Source: Peptococcaceae bacterium UBA5318
GTDB taxonomy: Bacteria > Bacillota > Peptococcia > DRI-13 > UBA5318
DNA: 64,000 bases
Direction: 5' to 3'
Assembly (NCBI GenBank): GCA_002408285.1
Contig: DHRG01000044.1
Coordinates: 73,101 to 137,100 of the forward strand
In this document: piece by piece, positions 39,521 to 47,922 of the stretch
Position numbering within the stretch: the first letter of the stretch is position 1
Layout: every line of letters begins with the position of its first letter
The notes under the pieces: generated by a model
Seen by the model: only the letters and a program-made list of their open reading frames with translations
Told to the model about the DNA's origin: nothing
The model's database searches: none
Made by a program: the position numbers and the translations under genes

Positions 39521-41137
39521 TTATTTTACTTTTCCTTCAGCTATATCTTTTTTTCTGCTTTCTACGGAACGTTTGGAAGGATCGCCGTATCCGCCTCCGC
39601 CGGCCGTAACCAGTTCGATCAAGTCGTCGGCCCTAAGAGGGAAACCATTGACTTTATTTAAGGTATTGATCCGTTTTCCATCCCGGATGACATTTAACCG
39701 TGCGCCGGCGGCATATTTCCCGCCTAACAGTCCCCACGGCCTTGTTTTAGTCCGCTCGGTCGCCGCTAAAAGCTCGGTATTTTTACTCTCGTCAAGGATC
39801 CTTATACCTCTGATAATTCCCAGACCGCCCCTGTATTCCCCGTCACCCCCGCTGTTTTCAGCCAAGGCATACTTTTCAACTAACAACGGATATTCCATTT
39901 CTAACGCTTCCACCGGCAGGTTAGAAGTGTTGGTCATATGCACCTGCACCGCATCTAACCCGTCTTTATTAAATCTGGCCCCGGAGCCCCCGCCTATCGT
40001 TTCCAGGTATACATAGGGTTTGCCGGTCCTGCTGTCAAAACCCGAAAAGTTAAAAAATGAAACAGCTCCATTACCCGCCGCGGTTACTTTGATCGGATCA
40101 ATTTTTGCAAAGGCGCCGAATATAACGTCCGCAATTCTTTGGGTAGTCGTAGCTCTCGATTGGGTCGGCGCGGGTTCCGTGGAACATACCAATGTCCCCT
40201 CCCTGGCAGTCACATCTATACTTTCAAAAGCTCCGGCATTGGCGGGCATCGTATTGTCCATTAAACACTTTACAGCATAATACACGGTCGCCAGCAAAGC
40301 GTTTCTAATACAATTGAAAGACCCCGTAACCTGCTCACAGCTTTCCGTAAAATCGAAATCTATTTTTTCGCCTTGGATAATAATTTTTAATTTGATTAGC
40401 AGATCTTCCGTTTTATTGCCATCGTCATCCAAATAATCTTCAAACTCATAGATACCGTCAGGCAATTGCTTAATGGACTGCCTTGCTTTTCTTTCTCCGT
40501 ACTTCAGCCATTCCCGGCAAAAATCCGTATAAGTATCTATGCCTATCTTGTCGATCAGTTCAATGATCTTGTTTTCGCCGAACTGGTTGGCGATTAACTG
40601 GGCCCGCAAATCGCCTTTCCTTTCTTCTTTCAACTGAAAATTCAACATGATCAAATCATAGACGTCTTTGACTAATTTATCTTTTTCATACAATTTAATG
40701 ATGGGAATCCTGAGGCCTTCGTCGTATATCGTACTCCTCCTGATGTTTCTGTCGGCATGATGACCGGTGTTTACCGCAAAAGCGATCAACTCGCCCTTAT
40801 AAAATACCGGTTTGACCAAGACGATGTCCGGCAAGTGCGAACCTCCGCCTGAATAGGGATCGTTCCCGATAAAAGTATCCCCTTCGTAGATATCATTGAT
40901 ATTCCACTTATTAAGAACCTCACTGACGGCGCCCAGCAACGAACTGAAGTGCAACGGTATATGCTGCGCCAGTGTGATCAGCTTGCCATTTTTATCAAAC
41001 AACGCTACCGACAGGTCTTTACGTTCCTTTATATTTGTGCTGTATCCCGTTTTAGTGAGAATGACTCCCATCTGTTCGACGATCGAAAGAAGGGAATTAC
41101 TGATGACTTCTAGTGTGACCGAATTTATTGTTCCCAC
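39521..41137 (-). CDS. Hydantoinase B / oxoprolinase family subunit (HyuB-like)
   Basis: 538 aa with Hydantoinase_B-type sequence (NDPYSGGGSHLPD, GGGSGA, GGGGYGDP). Confidence 0.85.
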   Translation of the reverse strand: MGTINSVTLEVISNSLLSIVEQMGVILTKTGYSTNIKERKDLSVALFDKNGKLITLAQHIPLHFSSLLGAVSEVLNKWNINDIYEGDTFIGNDPYSGGGSHLPDIVLVKPVFYKGELIAFAVNTGHHADRNIRRSTIYDEGLRIPIIKLYEKDKLVKDVYDLIMLNFQLKEERKGDLRAQLIANQFGENKIIELIDKIGIDTYTDFCREWLKYGERKARQSIKQLPDGIYEFEDYLDDDGNKTEDLLIKLKIIIQGEKIDFDFTESCEQVTGSFNCIRNALLATVYYAVKCLMDNTMPANAGAFESIDVTAREGTLVCSTEPAPTQSRATTTQRIADVIFGAFAKIDPIKVTAAGNGAVSFFNFSGFDSRTGKPYVYLETIGGGSGARFNKDGLDAVQVHMTNTSNLPVEALEMEYPLLVEKYALAENSGGDGEYRGGLGIIRGIRILDESKNTELLAATERTKTRPWGLLGGKYAAGARLNVIRDGKRINTLNKVNGFPLRADDLIELVTAGGGGYGDPSKRSVESRKKDIAEGKVK

Positions 41138-41149
41138 GAATTTTACCCC

Positions 41150-43198
41150 CTATTTTTCTTGTTCAATAACGATATTCAAATATTCATCTACTACGCCTAT
41201 TTGGTTTTCACCAATTATCGTTGTAGCGTCCATTTGTTCAATAACAGCAGGACCGCGGAGTTTGTTCCCATTATTTAGCATATCCCGGTCATACAATGTA
41301 TACGGTTTCATGCGGTTTTGTCCGTCGCGGACCAGCCTTTCACCTCTAATCGCGGCGGATGAATCCTCCCCGTAATATTTACTGGGAATGGTTTTAGGCT
41401 TATTGATGTAACCGATGGCCGACAACCCATAATTGATGATCTGCACCTCATCATCATAAGAATAGGAATACAGTTGTTTATACGCTTTATTAAATTCATC
41501 AATGATATCCTGGATCTTTTTGACTTTTTGTTTGTCATAGCTCACTAATATTTCATAATTCTGCCCTTTATACCTCATATCCAAATAGTATTCGCACACT
41601 CTGCGGGCCGGGGGTATGGCTTCAAATTCAAACCAAGCTTCAGCCTCTTTTTCAAGCTTTTGGAATTCATGCTCAATATCTTCAAATTGGATTTTCCCCA
41701 GGTCCATAACATTTGTCTGAACAAAATCCCTTCTCATATCTTCTACCAATAAACCATAGGCGGCTAGAATCCCCGGGGTTCTTGGAATGATCGCTTTCGC
41801 GATACTGAGCTCTTCCATAAGTTCGGCGGCGTGCAGCGGACCGGCCCCGCCAAAGGCGAACAAGACAAACTCATTAGGATTGAATCCTTTTTCCACCGTT
41901 ACTTTTTTTATTTCTTTGATGATGTTGGAATTTCCCACAGTAATGATCCCTTGGGCCGTTTCATAGATATCCATATTGATTTTTTTAGACAGCTTTTCAA
42001 CTGCGGTAAAAGAATTGCCGCTATTGATAGGTAATCGACCGTTTAAAAGCTCTTTATTGTTTAAGTGGCCTAGTACGACTCGCGCATCTGTTATGGTGGC
42101 TTCTTCACCGCCCCTATCGTAGCAAGCCGGCCCTGGTTCAGCCCCCGCGCTCTGCGGCCCGACTTTGAGGATTCCTCCGCTGTCGACCCAGGCAATGCTG
42201 CCCCCGCCTGCCCCAATTGTCGCAATATCCACTGATGGGATCCTAACCGGGTATCCGCTGATGTTTTTATCCTTGGAGCTGTCGATTTTACCGTCAATAA
42301 TCAGGCTCAGATCCGTACTTGTTCCGCCGATATCTATCGTTAAAACATTCTTATATCCTATCAAGCCTGTAACATATTGAGCGCCGATAACGCCGGCCGA
42401 AGGGCCGGACAAGCTTGTTTTGATGGGATACTGGGAAGCTTCACTCAGGGACATGATGCCCCCGTTGGAATGATTGATGTACAATTTATTTATATTGATT
42501 TTCGTTAACGTACCTTTTAAATTCTCCAGATATTTCTTGACTTCCGGTCCGATAAAAGAATTCAGAACGGTTCCGCACATCCTTTCGAACTCCCGGAATT
42601 GATTCGATATTTCACTCGATATTGAAAGATAAACATCCGGCAGATATTCTTTGGCGATCCTCTTCACTATTTGCTCATTCGTGGGATTAATGTAGGCATT
42701 TAAAAAAGTAACGGCTAGGGATTCAACCTGCAGCTCCTTTAATTTCCTGATGATTTCGATCACTTCGGCTTCATCTAACTCTCGTATGATCTTGCCTTTG
42801 TAATCCATTCTTTCTTTCACTTCATATCGTAAATCCCTCGTTATTAACACTTTGGGCTTGTCTGCCTGCAAATCATATAAATCTGGTCTTTTCTGCCTGC
42901 CGATTTCCAATAAGTCACGGAATCCTTCGGTAGTAATTAAGGCGGTTCTGGCCCCTCTGCCTTCTAATATCGCATTCGTTGATACAGTTGTGCCGTGAAT
43001 AAACCTATCGATCTCATCTAAAGCAAAACCATACTTTTCAGCTAATGATCTGATCCCTTCAATCACTGCCTGCGACTGATCCTTCGTTGATGACGGCAGC
43101 TTGTATACCTTCAGCTCGCTGGTAATTTCGTCAATTGCGCAAATATCCGTATTGGTCCCGCCCACGTCTACCCCGACTCTATATCTTTTATTCGCCAC
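41150..43198 (-). CDS. Hydantoinase A / oxoprolinase family ATPase subunit (HyuA-like)
   Basis: 682 aa with an ASKHA-fold N-terminus (VGVDVGGTNTD) and Hydantoinase_A core (DIGGTSTD). GTG start with GAGGAG 8 nt upstream. Confidence 0.85.
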   Translation of the reverse strand: MANKRYRVGVDVGGTNTDICAIDEITSELKVYKLPSSTKDQSQAVIEGIRSLAEKYGFALDEIDRFIHGTTVSTNAILEGRGARTALITTEGFRDLLEIGRQKRPDLYDLQADKPKVLITRDLRYEVKERMDYKGKIIRELDEAEVIEIIRKLKELQVESLAVTFLNAYINPTNEQIVKRIAKEYLPDVYLSISSEISNQFREFERMCGTVLNSFIGPEVKKYLENLKGTLTKININKLYINHSNGGIMSLSEASQYPIKTSLSGPSAGVIGAQYVTGLIGYKNVLTIDIGGTSTDLSLIIDGKIDSSKDKNISGYPVRIPSVDIATIGAGGGSIAWVDSGGILKVGPQSAGAEPGPACYDRGGEEATITDARVVLGHLNNKELLNGRLPINSGNSFTAVEKLSKKINMDIYETAQGIITVGNSNIIKEIKKVTVEKGFNPNEFVLFAFGGAGPLHAAELMEELSIAKAIIPRTPGILAAYGLLVEDMRRDFVQTNVMDLGKIQFEDIEHEFQKLEKEAEAWFEFEAIPPARRVCEYYLDMRYKGQNYEILVSYDKQKVKKIQDIIDEFNKAYKQLYSYSYDDEVQIINYGLSAIGYINKPKTIPSKYYGEDSSAAIRGERLVRDGQNRMKPYTLYDRDMLNNGNKLRGPAVIEQMDATTIIGENQIGVVDEYLNIVIEQEK

Positions 43199-43313
43199 TG
43201 TTTTTTCTCCTCACATTTTTGAAATGATTGACACATCCTAATCACACCAAAGTTCAATCACTACGATAGATCATGCGCATCCTTCCTTTCTTTACAACCC
43301 ATTAATATGGTTA

Positions 43314-43329
43314 AGCAAATAACATGCCA
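43314..43329 (-). promoter_or_regulatory. Sigma-54 (-24/-12) promoter for the hyuA operon
   Basis: The minus strand reads TGGCATGTTATTTGCT against the consensus TGGCACG-N4-TTGCW. GG and GC are exactly 12 nt apart. It lies about 115 nt upstream of the hyuA start, and a sigma-54 activator gene is encoded divergently. Confidence 0.65.
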
Positions 43330-43400
43330 ATATGCGAATATATGGTTATGGTGGTTTTTATGCCTGATAACTACAAAATAGCGTTGTCAATTTGCATCAT

Positions 43401-43416
43401 GTTGCTTTTTTGCAAC
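43401..43416. promoter_or_regulatory. Palindrome GTTGC-N6-GCAAC, candidate activator-binding site (UAS)
   Basis: Perfect 5+5 inverted repeat about 75-90 bp upstream of the -24 element. Further TTGCA half-sites occur at 43392-43396 and near 43495-43500. Confidence 0.25.
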
Positions 43417-43500
43417 TATTTCGCGTGAAAAGCAGGGGTTTTAAAAATTGTTACGAAATTAATACCGGACAATGAATTTTATATAAGAGAAGGTGTTGCA

Positions 43501-44364
43501 ATGCCCAAATTAAAGTTGTATTTAAAAGATCTATTGGACAAATTGGTCGTCATCGACAGTATGCCTGAAGAAAGCTTGAAGATTACCGAGTTTATTAAAA
43601 AAAACAAAAAAATGGCTCCCTTTATCAGTCTGGCAAAGTTTGCCGACCTATTGGAACTGGAGCCCGAAAAGATCAATTTATATTTTCAAACGGTCGGCTT
43701 CAGCGACTATGAGGAATTTCACAGGGCAATAAAAGACGTTGTGGGGTCAAACCTCAGCAATACCGATCGTTTTCAAATCGCCCTTTCCCTGAACCCGGAA
43801 AACAGTATTGTCAGCAACATTATTAATACGGAGTTGAAAAACCTGAAATATTTGCTTTCCTCGTTCGACAATGAGAAATTTCTGGAGTTTGTTGATGAAA
43901 TAAACAAAGCCTCAGATTTGATCATAGTTGGCACAAGGGCCTCTTCCTCCATCGCCATGTATGCGGAATTCATTTTTACCAGGATCGGGAAAAACCCGCA
44001 TATCATTACTTCCGGCGCTACACGTGCTCTCGACTTTTTAGTAAACATGGACCGGAACACTTTGGTGTTCGCGGTCGGTTTTCCCAGATACCCAAAAGAA
44101 ACCATCAATATTCTAAGCTTCCTGAAAAAAAATAACTTCAAAATCATATCGCTTACGGACAGTGAACTATCCCCCATAGCCCATCTTTCCGATCTCACCT
44201 TTACAATTAAACGGGATGGCTTTTCATTTCTTGAGTTTTATGCCGCGCCTATGTGTGTGATTAACGCAATCGTTATGTATATCAGCCATCTCAACAAAGA
44301 GGAAGCCTTGCAATTCTTCAAGAAACATGAACTACAAGCTGAGGAATTGGGATATTACTTCTAG
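43501..44364 (+). CDS. RpiR/MurR-family transcriptional regulator (HTH_6 plus SIS domain)
   Basis: 287 aa with an N-terminal HTH segment and a SIS fold (LIIVGTRASSSIAMYAEFIF ... LVFAVGFPRYPKET ... IISLTDS). Confidence 0.8.
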   Translation: MPKLKLYLKDLLDKLVVIDSMPEESLKITEFIKKNKKMAPFISLAKFADLLELEPEKINLYFQTVGFSDYEEFHRAIKDVVGSNLSNTDRFQIALSLNPENSIVSNIINTELKNLKYLLSSFDNEKFLEFVDEINKASDLIIVGTRASSSIAMYAEFIFTRIGKNPHIITSGATRALDFLVNMDRNTLVFAVGFPRYPKETINILSFLKKNNFKIISLTDSELSPIAHLSDLTFTIKRDGFSFLEFYAAPMCVINAIVMYISHLNKEEALQFFKKHELQAEELGYYF

Positions 44365-44395
44365 ACTACGAAACTATGCAGAGGTGAGAAACACC

Positions 44396-45451
44396 ATGGG
44401 CGTTTTTGATTACAGTAAGCATCTTGATAAAAGCGGTTGTATCATCACTCCCTCAAGTTTTTTGCCTTTTATGGAAGGCAACATAGTAACTATTAACAAA
44501 GATTTCCGAAAAACCATTGAATTGCTTAAGAAAATCGCCAAAACAAAAGTTCCGATATTTTTACAAGGCCCCTCCGGCGTAGGAAAAGAAGTTTTAGCCG
44601 ACTATATCCACAATAACAGCGCTAATACATCCGCCCCTTTTGTTAAATTCAACTGTGCCGCTATCCCTGAACAGCTGGTAGAGTCCGAATTTTTTGGTTA
44701 TCTGCCGGGGTCCTTTACAGGGGCTTCGGGCAGCGGCAAAAAAGGCCTGCTCGAACTTGCAAACAATGGCGCCTTGTTTCTTGATGAAATTGCCGAAATG
44801 CCCCTCCATATACAGGCTAAGCTGCTGCGTTTCCTGCAAAATGGCAAATTTCGCAAGGTAGGCGGTGAAAAAGAGTATACGGTTGATGTACGCATTATTG
44901 CGGCGACAAATCAGAACATTTCAGCGTCAATCAAGAACGGCTGCTTTAGAGAGGATTTATTCTTCCGTTTAAATGTCGTCCCCGTATATCTTCAGCCTCT
45001 AAAGGAAAGGAAAGAAGATATACCCGTTTTGGCTTTGTATTTTCTCGATCTTTTTAACAAACAATACAACACCAACAAACGCATAACCTATGAAACAATG
45101 GTGGAGTTCGTCAATTACGGCTGGCCGGGCAATGCCCGGGAACTGAGAAATACGATCGAGCGTTTGGTTCTGATAACACTTGACAATAAATTATCAACAG
45201 GCGATTTGACATATACCCACTATATTTCAGAAAGGTATAACACCTTTAACGATCATGCCCTTTTCAGCATCGATACCGTGAACGACAAAAATAAAACATC
45301 CTTAAAAGCCATCATGGAGGATCTGGAGAAAGACGTTATTCTTAAAGCGGTTCAAAAGTACGGCAGTATCCGCAAGGCCGCCGACATCTTGCAGGTGGCG
45401 TCTTCTACAATCTCCCGGAAAATATCCAAATATAACAAAAATAACATGTAA
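44396..45451 (+). CDS. Sigma-54-dependent transcriptional activator lacking a sensory or receiver domain
   Basis: AAA+ core with Walker A GPSGVGKE, ESEFFGY, the GAFTGA variant GSFTGA, Walker B LFLDEI and WPGNARELRN, plus a C-terminal Fis-type HTH. ATG 44396 has GAGGTG 9 nt upstream. The track's start at 44327 would overlap rpiR. Confidence 0.85.
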   Translation: MGVFDYSKHLDKSGCIITPSSFLPFMEGNIVTINKDFRKTIELLKKIAKTKVPIFLQGPSGVGKEVLADYIHNNSANTSAPFVKFNCAAIPEQLVESEFFGYLPGSFTGASGSGKKGLLELANNGALFLDEIAEMPLHIQAKLLRFLQNGKFRKVGGEKEYTVDVRIIAATNQNISASIKNGCFREDLFFRLNVVPVYLQPLKERKEDIPVLALYFLDLFNKQYNTNKRITYETMVEFVNYGWPGNARELRNTIERLVLITLDNKLSTGDLTYTHYISERYNTFNDHALFSIDTVNDKNKTSLKAIMEDLEKDVILKAVQKYGSIRKAADILQVASSTISRKISKYNKNNM

Positions 45452-45457
45452 CGTCTT
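45450..45457. repeat. Target-site duplication AACGTCTT (left copy) of the IS66 element
   Basis: Identical 8-mer directly abuts the outer end of each terminal inverted repeat. The other copy is at 47876-47883. Confidence 0.85.
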
Positions 45458-45476
45458 GTAAGCGTCAAACCGCCGG

Positions 45477-46991
45477 TCACTCCCGATTCCAAGGAAGTAG
45501 ACTTTCAACATCCGCACCATTCGGGGCTCCGGTGAAAACTTTTGTCAGGTACGCGAACGGCACAAGTCCATTTTCCTTGGCGGAAACGATCAGGCTGTAA
45601 TAGACCGCACTGGCCCTCGCGCCGTTCGGCGTATTGGAAAAAAGCCAATTCTTTCGCCCCATCACAAAGGGACGGATGGAGTTTTCCGCACGGTTATTGC
45701 TGATTTCCAACCTGCCATCCAGCAAATAGGCTTTCAGATATTTGCGTTGGCTTTGGGAGTAATAGACTGCCTTTCCCAGCAAAGACTTTGGCAGCGCATG
45801 AAGTGAATCCGCCCACGCGAAGAATTCGTCCATCAGCGGCCTGCTTAGCCGTTCCCGCTCTTTGTGACGTTCTTCAGAGGACAGTAAAGCGAACTGTTTC
45901 TCCAAATGAAACAGTTTATCACAATAAGCGACTCCTTTGGCGGCGTCGGAGGTGTCCCGTTTATCTTTCGGCAGTGTTTGCAGCATTTCGTCGAATTTCC
46001 GGCGCAGATGCGCCCAGCAGCCGACAACGGCTATCCGATCGGGCAGCTTGTGGTAGCCGTCATAGCCGTCCGCATGGAGAAAACCTGTGAAGTCCTTTAA
46101 AAATACTTCCGGGTGGGTGTGCTTTCGGTCTCGTTGGTAGTCATACAGCACTATCTGGCGCTGTGCCTCGCCGCTTGTGCGGTAGAGCCACATGTAGCTC
46201 TTGCTCTGGGCGGGCTTGCCGTCCTCACGCAGCACCTGAAGCGTGGTTTCATCCGCGTGAAGGACTTGCTGCCGGCATAATCGCCTTTTCATCTCTTGGT
46301 ATATCGGCTCCAGCCAATCCGCACAGGCTTTGATGAGCCAGTTGGACATGGTCTGGCGGGAAAGCAAAATGCCGTTTAGCGCCCATTCCTGCTCCTGGCG
46401 GTACAGCGGGCTGCCCATCACAAATTTCTGCGCGGCGATGTGTGCAACCGCTTCCGGCGAAGCAAACCCGCCCTTAATAACGGGCTCGGGCATATCCGCC
46501 TTGACAATCGGCACACGCTCGGAGGTTTCCTCACAGTGGCGGCAAGCGTAGACGTGCCGCACATGGCGTATAATTACGGCCTTGGCCGGAATAATTTTCA
46601 GTTCCTCGCGGGTATCCTCACCCATTTTGTGCAGACAAGAGCCGCAATCAGGACAGACACGTTTTTCTGCCGGCAGTTCGTGCATAATGATCTCGACAGG
46701 CAAATCCTCCGGTAGTTTGTCGGTGGTCAGACGGGTTTTCTTACGGTAATGCGCCTTGACTTCGGTGATTTCCGGCTCCGGCGCGGTCAACTCCGCGGAC
46801 TGCTCCGCCTCGTTGAACAGGTAGAGCTGATAAAGATTGGTTTGTTCGCTAGAGGCGCCGAATTGTTTATGCTTGGCCAGGCGGAACTGTTCCATAAGCC
46901 ACTGAACCTGATGCCGCAGCTCATCGTTTTCCGCCTTTAACGCTTCATTGGTTTTGAGTAAATTTTCAACCGAAATCTCTTGTGTTTCCAT
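45477..46991 (-). CDS. tnpC: IS66-family transposase TnpC
   Basis: 504 aa with an N-terminal leucine zipper, zinc-finger cysteines (CPDCGSC ... CRHCE) and the DDE region (LHADETTLQVL). Confidence 0.9.
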   Translation of the reverse strand: METQEISVENLLKTNEALKAENDELRHQVQWLMEQFRLAKHKQFGASSEQTNLYQLYLFNEAEQSAELTAPEPEITEVKAHYRKKTRLTTDKLPEDLPVEIIMHELPAEKRVCPDCGSCLHKMGEDTREELKIIPAKAVIIRHVRHVYACRHCEETSERVPIVKADMPEPVIKGGFASPEAVAHIAAQKFVMGSPLYRQEQEWALNGILLSRQTMSNWLIKACADWLEPIYQEMKRRLCRQQVLHADETTLQVLREDGKPAQSKSYMWLYRTSGEAQRQIVLYDYQRDRKHTHPEVFLKDFTGFLHADGYDGYHKLPDRIAVVGCWAHLRRKFDEMLQTLPKDKRDTSDAAKGVAYCDKLFHLEKQFALLSSEERHKERERLSRPLMDEFFAWADSLHALPKSLLGKAVYYSQSQRKYLKAYLLDGRLEISNNRAENSIRPFVMGRKNWLFSNTPNGARASAVYYSLIVSAKENGLVPFAYLTKVFTGAPNGADVESLLPWNRE

Positions 46992-47054
46992 ACTCTAATT
47001 ATACCGGAAAAACCACGTGAAATCTAGGAAAACAGGCATTTTTTTCTCGCTATT

Positions 47055-47408
47055 TTACGAGATTTTGTGCTCGAAAACTTCGCTGCGTTTAAGCTTTTTC
47101 TCCAGCCGCGCACCGTCAATCAGGCAGGATAATTCATCGCTGCTTAAACCCATCGTGGCTTCGCCGTATGACGACGGCCAGCGGAAATGCCCGCGCTCCA
47201 GCCTCTTGAAATACAGCCAGAAGCCGTCGCCGTCCCATTCCAGTATTTTCAGGCGGTCACGATTTCGGTTGCAGAACACAAACAGCGCGTCGGCGAACGG
47301 ATCAAGGGAAAAGCTCTGCTGCACAAGCGTCATCAGCCCGTTGATGGATTTTCTCATGTCCGTGTGCCCGCAGCACAGATACACGGGCTTCTCTCTAAAC
47401 CGCATCAC
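47055..47408 (-). CDS. tnpB: IS66 Orf2-like accessory protein TnpB
   Basis: 117 aa with the typical IS66 Orf2 sequence (DMRKSINGLMTLVQ ... FCNRNRDRLKIL). Confidence 0.9.
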   Translation of the reverse strand: MMRFREKPVYLCCGHTDMRKSINGLMTLVQQSFSLDPFADALFVFCNRNRDRLKILEWDGDGFWLYFKRLERGHFRWPSSYGEATMGLSSDELSCLIDGARLEKKLKRSEVFEHKIS

Positions 47409-47785
47409 AGCGACTTCATCACCCGGCAGACTTTGGCCAGCAGTTGTGCGTCTGTTTCGCCATTTACAGTTATGTGAAACCCGCCGATTTCAATGGTTAG
47501 AGATTCGCCGACAGTTACCGGTTCCGAGCCCGCAAGCCGCGCCCATCCGTTCGGCACGAGCCCATCCTCGCGGTTTTGTGCCCTCACTAGCTCGGTGCAG
47601 GCTGCTTCACGCACTTTCCTCTGTCTGTAGTAATAGGTTGTTTTGCTGATCCCCTTTTCCTCGCAGAATGCCTCTACGGTCTGTCCGCCGGCCATCCGTT
47701 CTTTAACTGCTTCGCTCCAGCCCGACAGCCGAAACTGTGTTACGATTTTTTGTGTGTCCGTTCCAATCACTCCAATTTGCTCCAA
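47405..47785 (-). CDS. tnpA: IS66 Orf1-like HTH protein TnpA
   Basis: 126 aa with an HTH region (FCEEKGISKTTYYYRQRKV). 4-nt overlap with tnpB. Confidence 0.8.
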   Translation of the reverse strand: MEQIGVIGTDTQKIVTQFRLSGWSEAVKERMAGGQTVEAFCEEKGISKTTYYYRQRKVREAACTELVRAQNREDGLVPNGWARLAGSEPVTVGESLTIEIGGFHITVNGETDAQLLAKVCRVMKSL

Positions 47786-47875
47786 AACACTTCATAGAGT
47801 ATTTTGTACTTTCTTGGAGTGTATTGTACCATTTAGAAACGCTGTTCAAAATGTGCGGACTGATTTGACGCTTAC

Positions 47876-47883
47876 AACGTCTT
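47876..47883. repeat. Target-site duplication AACGTCTT (right copy) of the IS66 element
   Basis: Identical to 45450-45457. Confidence 0.85.
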
Positions 47884-47884
47884 C

Positions 47885-47916
47885 AAAAAAACCACAGCCT
47901 ACACTGTGGTTTTTTT
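47885..47916. terminator. Bidirectional rho-independent terminator (serves yraN and, before IS66 insertion, the sigma-54 activator gene)
   Basis: Stem ccacag / ctgtgg (47892-47897 / 47904-47909). An A7 run lies upstream and a T7 run downstream. Confidence 0.7.
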
Positions 47917-47922
47917 GAGGGA

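Larger units (their letters stand above)
45458..47875 (-). mobile_element. Intact IS66-family insertion sequence (2418 bp)
   Basis: Terminal inverted repeats are GTAAGCGTCAAA at 45458-45469 and its reverse complement at 47864-47875. Three-gene tnpA-tnpB-tnpC organisation and perfect 8-bp direct repeats. Confidence 0.9.

Noticed and set aside
47017-47649. 210-aa plus-strand ORF across IS66 tnpB/tnpA
   Set aside because: It is antisense to two well-supported IS66 genes. The sequence is Ser/Arg/Pro-rich and looks non-protein-like.
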